From IMG/VR virus record IMGVR_UViG_3300009184_000047, positions 1 through 63,169 of that record: 63,169 nt of DNA; one strand, given 5' to 3'. Source of the stretch: a virus. Its lineage: Duplodnaviria; Caudoviricetes. The notes under the pieces are model-generated. The model was not told the origin of the DNA. It was given only the letters and a program-made list of their open reading frames with translations, and searched no databases. This document shows positions 46,916 through 55,868 of the stretch, piece by piece. The translations under genes were made by a program, and so were the position numbers. How positions within the stretch are numbered: position 1 is the first letter of the stretch; each line of letters opens with the position of its first letter.

Positions 46916-47733
46916 GATTTGAAGATTTTGCCAGCAACCATGGTCTGATTCTAAAAAATTTGGTCACTGATCGCTGGGTGGCAACTCCCACGACCGATCA
47001 CCCTAGGAAAGCTAATGGACGATATAAATTTCTTGGCAGTATTGGTTGGGTGCAGAATTGGTCAACTATGGATAGACCAGCTCAATGGATTGAAGAGGGT
47101 AAAAATGCCTCAAGCCCTGTAATCTTAAAAAAGATAGCTGACTCTGAAAATGATAGGAAGATCCGTGCAGATCAAGCTTCTAAAAAAGCCGGTTGGATCT
47201 TAAAGCAATCAGAGAAGAAAACTCACCCATACTTAATTAGCAAAGGATTTCAAAACCAGCTGGGTCATGTATGGAACGATCAGTTAGTTATACCCATGAG
47301 GATCGATACTAGGCTTGTGGGGTGTCAACTCATCGATAACCAAGGGGTCAAGAAGTTCTTGAAGGGACAAACGACCAAGGGGGCAACTCTCACCATTGAC
47401 GCAAAGGGCTTTCCTATTTTCTGCGAGGGTTATGCGACCGGTCTCTCCATCAGAGAAGTCCTCAAAACCAGCAATATCAAGTATGTGATCCACATCTGTT
47501 TCAGTGCATCTAACATGCAATTCATAGCTAGGAAGTTTCCCTACGGACTCATCGTTGCCGATAATGATAATTCCCATGTGGGAGAGATTACCGCTAGGAA
47601 AACAGGCAAGCCGTATTGGATCAGCTCTGCAATCGGGGAAGATTTTAATGATTTTCATAAGAGAGTGGGAACTTTCCAAGCCTCTCAAGCTTTAAAAAAG
47701 AAATTAATAGAAATAGGTAGCTTGGTAATCTAA
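46912..47733 (+). CDS. TOPRIM-domain DNA primase
   Basis: CEGYATG, ADND and DFND motifs. Confidence 0.85.
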   Translation: MRFEDFASNHGLILKNLVTDRWVATPTTDHPRKANGRYKFLGSIGWVQNWSTMDRPAQWIEEGKNASSPVILKKIADSENDRKIRADQASKKAGWILKQSEKKTHPYLISKGFQNQLGHVWNDQLVIPMRIDTRLVGCQLIDNQGVKKFLKGQTTKGATLTIDAKGFPIFCEGYATGLSIREVLKTSNIKYVIHICFSASNMQFIARKFPYGLIVADNDNSHVGEITARKTGKPYWISSAIGEDFNDFHKRVGTFQASQALKKKLIEIGSLVI

Positions 47734-47748
47734 ACTACCTATTATAGA

Positions 47749-48129
47749 TCAATAAAAGTAAAGATTATTGACTTGGGCTAATAATGGCTTGTTAAACACA
47801 TTATGTTTTGGGCTGATGCGATTATCATGGAAAAACTGACTATGACCCACAGGGTTATAAGTATAACCTTTTTGTTTTGTTAAAAACTTAACCGCTAATA
47901 ATTGATAGGTTAAGAATGTTTTGCGATCCGGCTCTTTCATTTTGCCATTTTGCATTAAAGTAATGTATTCGAATTGCTTGGGTGCGTAGATCGTGTCACA
48001 TACTCGACTGATCGTTTTAGCTCTATTCATAACCACGTGATAGACTGCGATTTGGTTATTAAAATTGCTACCAGCTTCACCATATAAAACGTAGGCAAGA
48101 CACGCACTTGCAAGTTGTAATTCTCCCAT
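47749..48129 (-). CDS. SleB-like cell wall hydrolase (Hydrolase_2)
   Basis: CLAYVLYGEA...VVMNR...QF...FY. Confidence 0.8.
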   Translation of the reverse strand: MGELQLASACLAYVLYGEAGSNFNNQIAVYHVVMNRAKTISRVCDTIYAPKQFEYITLMQNGKMKEPDRKTFLTYQLLAVKFLTKQKGYTYNPVGHSQFFHDNRISPKHNVFNKPLLAQVNNLYFY

Positions 48130-48173
48130 ATAGTCTCCTTTTAGTTACTATGGAACGTCCATACTATCAGTAT

Positions 48174-48206
48174 TCACAAGGGTTTTGAAGCATACAACCC
48201 TTGTGA
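48174..48206. repeat. Perfect 11-bp inverted repeat
   Basis: TCACAAGGGTT-N11-AACCCTTGTGA upstream of the hydrolase gene. Confidence 0.75.
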
Positions 48207-48224
48207 TCTGTGTTAAAATAAGCC

Positions 48225-48419
48225 TTATGGCTTACCCCTTTCTCCAAAATCAGCGATCAAAACTACTAATTCATAGTCTCTGCTGAATTCCTTAATGGGA
48301 GCTTTAGTCCATAGATAAGTCGTAGCATACTTATAAATGCTAGTCCCACTTTTCTTCTTTACCTTATAGGCTTGGCACTTAAAAAACTCTGCCCCCTGTA
48401 AAGCTTGTTGTTCAGTCAT
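48225..48419 (-). CDS. Early hypothetical protein
   Basis: GAGGTG RBS, coupled. Confidence 0.55.
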   Translation of the reverse strand: MTEQQALQGAEFFKCQAYKVKKKSGTSIYKYATTYLWTKAPIKEFSRDYELVVLIADFGERGKP

Positions 48420-48639
48420 TTTTCACCTCGACTATTCTAAATGTATCACGATCCGGAACGTCAGACATATAATTATCATCTACGGCAGTTTGGCAATCAT
48501 CTAAAAATTGATCTAAAGCAATTTCAGCCTCTTCTTCAGTATCATAGATAGTTGGTATAGTCGTTCCGTCATCTTCTTCCGATGACCATGTATTAGTCCA
48601 GCCACCACACAAACATTCTTCTTGCACCTCATAAGGCAT
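48412..48639 (-). CDS. Early acidic hypothetical protein
   Basis: GAGGAG RBS; D/E-rich. Confidence 0.65.
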   Translation of the reverse strand: MPYEVQEECLCGGWTNTWSSEEDDGTTIPTIYDTEEEAEIALDQFLDDCQTAVDDNYMSDVPDRDTFRIVEVKND

Positions 48640-48797
48640 TATAATTTCTCCTCTGTATAAACATCTTTATATTTAAAAGTAATAACTAACATCTCATGTG
48701 TAGGATCTGCTTCGCATACTTTACATATCTCATTCCATACATCTTCATGATGAAAGTCATCGGGGTATAGCTTTAAATGTGCATATTCACTCATCAT
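48639..48797 (-). CDS. Early hypothetical protein
   Basis: Start revised to MMSEY after a GAGGAG RBS. Confidence 0.55.
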   Translation of the reverse strand: MMSEYAHLKLYPDDFHHEDVWNEICKVCEADPTHEMLVITFKYKDVYTEEKL

Positions 48798-48960
48798 TTT
48801 TCTCCTCAAGTTCTGTGCGTTTATCATAATTAATATCAGATAGCCATTCACTAAAGCTTCCACTTACATCACCCTCGCCAAAGTCTTTTGTAGTGCCATC
48901 TAAAAATGTTATCTTAATCTCTACATTATCTATTTGATTAAATTCAATCTCTTCACTCAT
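48787..48960 (-). CDS. Early acidic hypothetical protein
   Basis: Start revised to MSEEIEF after AAGGA. Confidence 0.55.
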   Translation of the reverse strand: MSEEIEFNQIDNVEIKITFLDGTTKDFGEGDVSGSFSEWLSDINYDKRTELEEKNDE

Positions 48961-48962
48961 AT

Positions 48963-49205
48963 CTAGTCCTTTCTCGTAAATTGACCATTGACACGTTTTT
49001 GAAAGTCTTCCCATGCTTCAGCATAATCATGGCAATAATGACCCCAAGTCGTAGACCTAGGATCTCCTTCAAAATACTTCCATGTCACATATGGCGTAAT
49101 GTCGTTAATCCATCGAGCTAACACTACACCATGCTTCTCATTCTCAAAAAATGCCATAACTTTAGCTCCGTTATGCAAAATATCACCTACATTCATCTTA
49201 CTCAT
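48963..49205 (-). CDS. Early hypothetical protein
   Basis: PYVTW...TWGHY motif; start revised to MSKMNV after AAGGAG. Confidence 0.6.
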   Translation of the reverse strand: MSKMNVGDILHNGAKVMAFFENEKHGVVLARWINDITPYVTWKYFEGDPRSTTWGHYCHDYAEAWEDFQKRVNGQFTRKD

Positions 49206-49464
49206 TATTGTTCTCCTTGTATTCAAGCTCTTCGTCTTTAGATTCTTTTAACTCTAACCATTCTTCTTCCAGCTCTGCATCGGTTAGCTCCTTAACTCCT
49301 TTGTCTTCCATGCCATTGTTTACTATATTCCATATCCAATTGTCATTCACGCTATAGTCTGACGTGATCCAATCGAATGCTTGTCGTGCTAGAAAATACT
49401 CTTTCTCTTCCCTTGTATATTCTTTATTGGCTTCATACTTTATTTCTGCATCATAATTAATCAT
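49198..49464 (-). CDS. Early acidic hypothetical protein
   Basis: E-rich, coupled. Confidence 0.6.
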   Translation of the reverse strand: MINYDAEIKYEANKEYTREEKEYFLARQAFDWITSDYSVNDNWIWNIVNNGMEDKGVKELTDAELEEEWLELKESKDEELEYKENNNE

Positions 49465-49618
49465 CGCTTCCCCCTTTATGCTTTCCTGTTAATAATTCTT
49501 CGTAAGTAACGCCTTTCTCATAAAAGTTTAGACAAGCACCACATAACAAGTCTTCCATCTCGCCTGTTTCTTTTATATAGTCTTCACTTTCACCGCACCA
49601 CTCGCAATTACTCATCAT
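49457..49618 (-). CDS. Early small Zn-finger protein
   Basis: CEWC...CGAC; start revised. Confidence 0.5.
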   Translation of the reverse strand: MMSNCEWCGESEDYIKETGEMEDLLCGACLNFYEKGVTYEELLTGKHKGGSDD

Positions 49619-49820
49619 CGTCCCCTTCCATTTGTAAAAATGAATCAATCACTTCATGACCCAATTCGGTTAAGCGATCTTGAATTTTATCTTCATGGTC
49701 ACTCAACCACTCTTCACACTTTTTCATTGTCCACTCCGGTTTCATGCATGAAATATCTTCAGCTCTCCATGGATTTGCACAATAAGCCCTGCCATGCCAT
49801 TTAACACTCATAATTTTCAC
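49608..49820 (-). CDS. Early hypothetical protein
   Basis: AAAGGTG context, GTG start. Confidence 0.55.
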   Translation of the reverse strand: MKIMSVKWHGRAYCANPWRAEDISCMKPEWTMKKCEEWLSDHEDKIQDRLTELGHEVIDSFLQMEGDDDE

Positions 49821-50052
49821 CTTTCATGTAAAAAATAGAAATTTTCCCTTCAGCCGTGCATTTATAGTCACACGCCCCCACCTACCTACCACAAGTCTCC
49901 GTGTATTCTTCGATGTCCAAGATCCGACAGATCTCATTATACTCTTCGACTCCGCCACTACTCATTCTTTGGCATTCCCAGCCAAGATCTAAAATAAGAT
50001 CTCGTAGGCGATCCAGCTCCTTACCAATTGGCACTTTAGTCATAATGATCTC

Positions 50053-50268
50053 CTAGTCCCTTGGATCAATAAAACGACCCACTTTAACAACGTGAGACAC
50101 TCGATCAATAGCTACTTGGCGATCTATAAAACTTCCAAGATCACGACCAAATGCGACCGCTTTAAAATTATTAGCTCCATTACATGTTACTTGACCAAAT
50201 ATAGTCTTTGTAGCCGGATCGTAACAGATATCGTTACTAGTCCAATCTAATACTTTATCGTTATTCAT
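50053..50268 (-). CDS. Early hypothetical protein
   Basis: GGGGAGAG RBS. Confidence 0.6.
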   Translation of the reverse strand: MNNDKVLDWTSNDICYDPATKTIFGQVTCNGANNFKAVAFGRDLGSFIDRQVAIDRVSHVVKVGRFIDPRD

Positions 50269-50428
50269 TGCTGACTCTCCCCTATAAAAGTAATGATTGC
50301 TTCTTCCGTTTTAAAAGATATTAAATCCGGATATTCACACCAAAATTTCTCTTGGGCATCGTGATAATCTTCGGCTTCAATTTCTACTTGATAAACAATT
50401 TTTTCATATGCTTCGATTAAAAACTTTC

Positions 50429-50647
50429 TCATACATAATGCTCCTCTGCTGGTTCAAATTTTGGCAACGTATCGCCATCATCGACTTCGACAAAAGCATA
50501 AGATAGCTTTATATTATTAAAAAGATCATCTCTATCCATAATACAAGCCTTGTCTCTTGCGATTAAAGCAGATTCCCATCTAGCACCGGCTTCCACTTCC
50601 AAGTCGATATAAGCATCAAAAAATACTCTTGTTTGAAACTTTTCCAT
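50429..50647 (-). CDS. Early hypothetical protein
   Basis: AAGGAGAGAG RBS. Confidence 0.6.
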   Translation of the reverse strand: MEKFQTRVFFDAYIDLEVEAGARWESALIARDKACIMDRDDLFNNIKLSYAFVEVDDGDTLPKFEPAEEHYV

Positions 50648-50681
50648 ATCTCTCTCCTTTGGTTACGATTATCAAATGATA

Positions 50682-50715
50682 ATCAGATAGCACTCGGTTA
50701 AGAATGCTATCGGAT
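50682..50715 (-). repeat. Intergenic hairpin D (divergent member of the early hairpin family)
   Basis: mRNA AUCCGAUAGCAUUC-UUAACC-GAGUGCUAUCUGAU. Confidence 0.55.
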
Positions 50716-50716
50716 C

Positions 50717-51217
50717 TCACTCGCTTTCTCTGCTTCTTGTATCTTCACCATATTTAGTAGAATACTTCCCAATGAAGCCCATACCTTCTTCTTCATAGTC
50801 GCATTCTATATCATAGTCATCATTCTGATCTTCAACGTCTCTGTTCCTGCCGTCCAAGTAGATAAAGAATTCAATTGGCGGAGACCATGCGGTATCAAAA
50901 TTTGCATAGAAAGTATCACCGGAGACATATGCTTCACCGGCATCAGTATCGATGTCCCATTTTGTTCCCCATTTTGCTACGCACCAATCATACCAATTTG
51001 CATACCCATACTTCTCGATATTGGCTTTTTCCTTGATCTCCAATTCCTTTTGCTTTTCATCATCGCTATATGATCCAGCTATGGTGTCTTGAAGATCTTG
51101 TGGACATGGATATAAAGTCTGCATGAAGCGACCGGAAGTCCATGCATCTACAAGCTTCTGTATCTTTGCTGAATCTTTGCTTGTGATTCTTAAATTATTA
51201 CTGCACCAATTAGGCAT
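50717..51217 (-). CDS. DUF1281 / YubB ferredoxin-like domain protein
   Basis: MPNWCSN...WYDWCVAKWGTKWD...FDTAWSPP...YEEEGMGF. Confidence 0.8.
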   Translation of the reverse strand: MPNWCSNNLRITSKDSAKIQKLVDAWTSGRFMQTLYPCPQDLQDTIAGSYSDDEKQKELEIKEKANIEKYGYANWYDWCVAKWGTKWDIDTDAGEAYVSGDTFYANFDTAWSPPIEFFIYLDGRNRDVEDQNDDYDIECDYEEEGMGFIGKYSTKYGEDTRSRESE

Positions 51218-51393
51218 GTAATTCCCCTTTCATTAAGTTTTCTAATTGTTTTCTAGCACCTTGCAATTGTTTAGCTAACATCTCATCAAAATCATTACCA
51301 GCTCGATCAAATAGCTCTACTTCTACATCGTGCAGATCACTCACAATGCTGAATAGTTTTTCTTCTTTTACTTTGCTATGCATCATTCTCTCC

Positions 51394-51882
51394 TTAAATT
51401 AAATCGCCATTTTCATAAAATTCATAGTCATTAGCATCGACCATGTCTTTGTAATACTCAAAAGTCTCTTGATGCTCCATGTCAGACTTTATACTTTTAA
51501 GACCAGCTTCAATAGCATCTTCAAAAGCACCTTTGATATTCCCATTAATCTTTACTGAATCAATAAATGCTTCTTTTAAGTCAAAGTAGACACAATAGCC
51601 GTCTTGATGGGTATCAATAAGCTTGATAGCTTTATCAAAATTTATGCCCCTAAATACATCATTAGTCGCATCAGTCGTAATAAAACATCTTCCGTAAGTG
51701 CCTATCTCATAGTCTTTTAAACCAACGCCAAAAGCATCAGCAAAAGCCCTGATAGATTTTATACCTTCATCTACCCAAATATACTCAAAATGATTGCTAT
51801 TGACGTAATTCTCCCAAGCTTTCTTTTGTGCTTCTTCAGATAGCTCATTAAAACTAAATACATTCAAAGATAATACTCTCAT
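51394..51882 (-). CDS. Conserved early phage protein
   Basis: FSFNELSEEAQKKA...ANDYEFYENG. Confidence 0.7.
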   Translation of the reverse strand: MRVLSLNVFSFNELSEEAQKKAWENYVNSNHFEYIWVDEGIKSIRAFADAFGVGLKDYEIGTYGRCFITTDATNDVFRGINFDKAIKLIDTHQDGYCVYFDLKEAFIDSVKINGNIKGAFEDAIEAGLKSIKSDMEHQETFEYYKDMVDANDYEFYENGDLI

Positions 51883-51913
51883 ATATTTCCCTTTCGTGAA
51901 TGGCTAATATCAG

Positions 51914-51946
51914 CCCCCAAGCTCCCTGAATCAAGAAGCTTGGAGA
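51914..51946 (-). repeat. Intergenic hairpin C
   Basis: mRNA UCUCCAAGCUUCUUG-AUU-CAGGGAGCUUGGGGG. Confidence 0.7.
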
Positions 51947-51951
51947 TAATA

Positions 51952-52329
51952 CTATGCGACTTGTTTATTATCATGTCCTTTACAAAAGAATCTAAACTCC
52001 GGATAAAACCCTTCGAAGAGCTTGATCTTATCCCCCTTGATGCCGATCTTCATAACCATGACTATATCGTCTTTGATAATATATTCATAGTCTTGACCAC
52101 AATCTTGTTCTGCAAAAGGCGGATAGAGATAAGTGTTACCCCAATCACCATTCTTGAGCTTTTCTACGACTGAAGCCGATAAGCATTCAATACCATTGTT
52201 CTTGGTTTCTACTAATACTTCCGCCAATTCCTGACCATGCACGGACGGAAAGCCGTCATACTGCCTATAAATACATACCAATGGCATGTCTGCATCGTTA
52301 TAAATATACGTTAATGACCTTGTTCCCAT
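51952..52329 (-). CDS. Conserved early phage protein
   Basis: MGTRS...IYRQYDGFP..HG..L...EYEY-type family. Confidence 0.7.
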   Translation of the reverse strand: MGTRSLTYIYNDADMPLVCIYRQYDGFPSVHGQELAEVLVETKNNGIECLSASVVEKLKNGDWGNTYLYPPFAEQDCGQDYEYIIKDDIVMVMKIGIKGDKIKLFEGFYPEFRFFCKGHDNKQVA

Positions 52330-52674
52330 GATTAAAACCTTTCTCTAATAATTGATTGAGCATTCCAAGTCCTAACAAGCTTAAAAAAACTAGCTTCTCT
52401 TTGAGTCCTTGGATCTGCAAAATGAAAGTAATTGCCACTGAAAAAATTGTTTCTTAACATAATGCGATCTTGCTTTTCTTTATCTAAACTAATCTTTTTC
52501 ATGATGATAATTCCCCTTTGATTAAAAATCCCATTCCTAACACCAGCTCAAAAAGTCCCCCCAGCCATTGACTTTGAAATATATCTATCGATCCAGCTTG
52601 AAGACATAGGATTGAGACGGCTAGATGTGCCGTCCCAAGTGTTAAAAAGATAATACTTTGGCGAGTCCAAAAGC

Positions 52675-52953
52675 TCATAGATCCGCCCCCCTTACTCTGT
52701 CCATAATATATTTAAACAAAATATACTTTGCGACATTCAGCTCTTGCCGGAGATGATTCTCTTCAGGCGTCTGATCGTCCGACTCCTGATAGCAAAATCT
52801 TTCTTGCAAATTAGAGAGATGACCAGCCAAGGTCATACAAGCATCATAGATCGACCCAGCATCTTCCGACACTAGATCATCGATCAAGCGAGACGGCATG
52901 CCGTAGCATTGCTTTTCCCATGCGAGAATCTCTTCTTCTGTTCTGACTTCCAT
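52675..52953 (-). CDS. Early hypothetical protein
   Basis: AAGGGG RBS. Confidence 0.6.
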   Translation of the reverse strand: MEVRTEEEILAWEKQCYGMPSRLIDDLVSEDAGSIYDACMTLAGHLSNLQERFCYQESDDQTPEENHLRQELNVAKYILFKYIMDRVRGADL

Positions 52954-52989
52954 AAAATTTCCCCTTTTCCATTATGGCTCAAAGACAAG

Positions 52990-53023
52990 CCCCCAAGCCC
53001 ACTCTTGTGAATGAGCTTGAAGA
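52990..53023 (-). repeat. Intergenic hairpin A
   Basis: mRNA UCUUCAAGCUCAUUC-ACAA-GAGUGGGCUUGGGGG. Confidence 0.75.
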
Positions 53024-53028
53024 ATGCC

Positions 53029-53394
53029 CTACTTATCACCCAGCGACCATGCGACCGACTCCAAAGCATACCAAGCCAAGCCATTATAGACACTAGTCCG
53101 ATCTTCTGACTTCGGATCATAAAGACCGGAAGCGATCTCATCTTCTGACATGCCTTCGAAGCATTTAAAACCCCTTAACATCTCCAAAAGACCCAAGCCG
53201 AAGTTTTCTGCATCGTCTTTCAGAGCTTGGATAATTAGATCGAAGTTTTTCTTCGTAAAGTCCAAGGTCTCATGATAATAAATGAAACCGGAGACCCCTG
53301 CAGAAGCTCCGCCTTGCATAATGTCCGGTATTGCTTCGAGAAATTCTTCCCTTGTTCCATACTGCTCGATGACTGCCTTTTCTAATGTTTTCAT
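53029..53394 (-). CDS. Acidic early protein, possible anti-restriction factor
   Basis: GVSGFIYYHET..F...LAWYALE; AAGGAG RBS. The function is inference only. Confidence 0.55.
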   Translation of the reverse strand: MKTLEKAVIEQYGTREEFLEAIPDIMQGGASAGVSGFIYYHETLDFTKKNFDLIIQALKDDAENFGLGLLEMLRGFKCFEGMSEDEIASGLYDPKSEDRTSVYNGLAWYALESVAWSLGDK

Positions 53395-53403
53395 GGTGTC
53401 TCC

Positions 53404-53625
53404 TTAAAGTGATTTAATTAATTTTTGAATGCCTTCAGCTGATCGAATCCAAGCTTCAGGGGCTATTAGAGACCCCTTCCACTCTTCAGAAGAGAGAATC
53501 TTCTCTCGATCTTCCACGACCCCAGCTGATAACCTTTCTAAAGCTTCATAAATAAAGCAATAGGTCACCGGATCTCTACGATCCAGCTCGGCTTTAATTG
53601 CTTGTGCTAGTGTTTTCTTTTTCAT
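53404..53625 (-). CDS. Early hypothetical protein
   Basis: AAGGAG RBS. Confidence 0.6.
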   Translation of the reverse strand: MKKKTLAQAIKAELDRRDPVTYCFIYEALERLSAGVVEDREKILSSEEWKGSLIAPEAWIRSAEGIQKLIKSL

Positions 53626-53854
53626 GCTTTCTCCTTAATATAAGTCCGCTTCATCATTCAAAAAACGACCTTCCCAAACTTCGAGAAGGCTTTCCTTGGT
53701 TTCTGCTTCCCAATCACTTTCAAAGCCTTCAGAGCTTCCAAAATGATCTTCTTTCCATGCTTCCAAAGCTTTCTTTTTGTCTTTCATGCTCTCTCCTTAA
53801 ATGATCGAAAACCGATCCCCAAGCTCACTCGATGGAATAAGCTTGGAAGCGATT

Positions 53855-54019
53855 CTAGTCTTCTTGGTGCTTGTAATATAGATCAATGAAAGCTTGTCCG
53901 CTTTCTTCGTCATATTGAACGATTTCCGGATCGCTGGAAGCCCCCAGCAAGTTTTCGAGTAGCTCCACTGCGGTTTCAAGATCTAGATCGTTGGTAGTGA
54001 ATTTTCTTGGCTCGATCAT
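53855..54019 (-). CDS. Early acidic hypothetical protein
   Basis: Start revised to MIEPRK after GGGGTGG. Confidence 0.5.
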   Translation of the reverse strand: MIEPRKFTTNDLDLETAVELLENLLGASSDPEIVQYDEESGQAFIDLYYKHQED

Positions 54020-54020
54020 G

Positions 54021-54185
54021 TCACCACCCCACTGCGATTTCTTCGCCAAACTCGACCAAGTCGCCCCTTTTTAAAAGCCTTATGGCTTCAGTCAGGGCTT
54101 CTTCTTCTGTCTGATATTCCCACTCTTCCGGCTTCGAGTGGATCGAATCTCTGCTTAATACGTAAAATTGACGTTGCGATTGCAT
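54021..54185 (-). CDS. Early hypothetical protein
   Basis: Start revised to MQSQRQ after GAAAGGGA. Confidence 0.55.
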   Translation of the reverse strand: MQSQRQFYVLSRDSIHSKPEEWEYQTEEEALTEAIRLLKRGDLVEFGEEIAVGW

Positions 54186-54249
54186 AGGTATTCCCTTTCT
54201 TTTTTGATTGTTAGATCGTGCCACATACTTTGAAGCACTGCTTTAAAGA

Positions 54250-54453
54250 TTAAATAGTGCATGTTAGATCCTTGTGCTTTTGGTAATAATAAGTAAGGTT
54301 AGAGAGTAAGTCGTCCAGCTCTCCCAGCAGATCGGCTTTATTTGATTCTAAAAGACTTAAGGCATCAGCAATCCTTCGCTTTTGCTTTTTCTTTTCTGCG
54401 ACCAAGTCCCTTAATCTTTCTATTTCTTTTTCTACTTCTTGAAGTTTTGACAT
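54250..54453 (-). CDS. First gene of the early operon, coiled-coil protein
   Basis: AAGGAG RBS; heptad pattern. Confidence 0.6.
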   Translation of the reverse strand: MSKLQEVEKEIERLRDLVAEKKKQKRRIADALSLLESNKADLLGELDDLLSNLTYYYQKHKDLTCTI

Positions 54454-54477
54454 GCTTTCTCCTTGGGTTAGTTTAAA

Positions 54478-54511
54478 CCCCCAAGCCCACTCTTGCGAAT
54501 AGGCTTGAAGA
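54478..54511 (-). repeat. Intergenic hairpin B
   Basis: mRNA UCUUCAAGCCUAUUC-GCAA-GAGUGGGCUUGGGGG; 31/34 identical to hairpin A. Confidence 0.75.
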
Positions 54512-54947
54512 TTCCACTTAATCGAATTGTCCTAGACATCAGGCGTCCGCATCGATCGCCCAGCATTTACAGCTCTGGTCAGCTGGTGAAAGCTTATAGG
54601 CTGATGAACCGAGTCCAGCCGTCTTACACTAAATGAGATCTTCTCACGAAATAATAAAGATTTGCAAGTATTTTCATCACTTATTTTCGGTGGCTCGATC
54701 CGGTCACTTTTGCGGCACTCGACCAGCAAGACCAGCACCAGCCCTGAAAACTTTCTCGCCCCCTTGTATTTATATGGCTAAAAGCGAAGCGGTCAGCCCA
54801 GCATCGAATCATCTAATAATACCTATAGTGAGATATCACATAGGGAGAGATCGTGTCTCTAAATCGATTTATGGAAGCCAAGGTGCTTCTTTTTTAAGCA
54901 GATATAGAGTAAAATGATCCTTTCATTATTGTTCCGACTTTATACCC

Positions 54948-55868
54948 ATGAAGATAAACAGATCACAGATCCGAGAAGCACTCGACCAGCTACCCATCGA
55001 GGAGATCTTACTCGGTAACAAAGCAGAGTCCAACACCTTGACTCACAAACAGAAAGCCTTTGCCGAAGAGATAGCCAAGGGAGCGACCAAAGCCGGAGCA
55101 TATAAGAAAGCTTATGCATCGAAGGGGACAAGCCACACAAGAAGCCGTGAAGGATCGAAGCTCCTACAGAACCCCCAAGTCTCCACCCATGCAGAGCAGA
55201 TAAGACTTGCTATAGAGGCACAGAAATACCTTTTCCCTGCTCATTTAAGGGCATTAGCTATCCAACAATTAACCGAGAAGGCTCTAGATCCTACGATCCC
55301 CCCAGCCATTCAGGTCAGATGCCTAGAGCTTATAGGTAAAATGTCAGACGTTGCACTCTTCCAAGAGAGGAAGGAGATCCAGCAGACCGCCACCACTAGC
55401 GAAGCCAAGTCCAAGCTCATATCTACTTTGGCAGAAGCAATCAGATCCAGCAGATCTTTATCTATAGACCGAAAGAAAGACGCAGAAGACTTACTGAAGG
55501 AGATCACCGGAGACGATCCGATCACGATCGACCAGCTCCCAACGATCGAAGATCAGGAGACAGAAGATCCGGAGACAGATCCAACCGGAGTCCAAGTCCA
55601 AACAGATCCGGAGATCGAAGAAAGGGAGATCTTGACGACCCCACCCACTCCGACCCCCCAAAATTTGACGGCTTCGGCAGCCAGCCCTTGTCATAGTATT
55701 CCAGACAAACAATTATCTAATTTTACAGATAGTACCCCTACTGAAATTGTGGTTACAGAGGGGGAGGGGGTATCTAATTTTTGGGAGTCTTTTGAGAAAG
55801 CGCCTATAGAAAACACCCCCCCTTCTAATTTAGGGTCCCCTATAGACCCATGGGATATTTCTAAATGA
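54948..55868 (+). CDS. terS: Terminase small subunit
   Basis: LTHKQKAFAEEI..G.T...AYKKAY HTH, LELIGK; upstream of terL. Confidence 0.75.
   Translation: MKINRSQIREALDQLPIEEILLGNKAESNTLTHKQKAFAEEIAKGATKAGAYKKAYASKGTSHTRSREGSKLLQNPQVSTHAEQIRLAIEAQKYLFPAHLRALAIQQLTEKALDPTIPPAIQVRCLELIGKMSDVALFQERKEIQQTATTSEAKSKLISTLAEAIRSSRSLSIDRKKDAEDLLKEITGDDPITIDQLPTIEDQETEDPETDPTGVQVQTDPEIEEREILTTPPTPTPQNLTASAASPCHSIPDKQLSNFTDSTPTEIVVTEGEGVSNFWESFEKAPIENTPPSNLGSPIDPWDISK

Noticed and set aside
54532-54917. ORFs 54532-54738 (-) and 54633-54917 (+)
   Set aside because: No RBS and atypical composition; they lie in the divergent control region between the early operon and terS.
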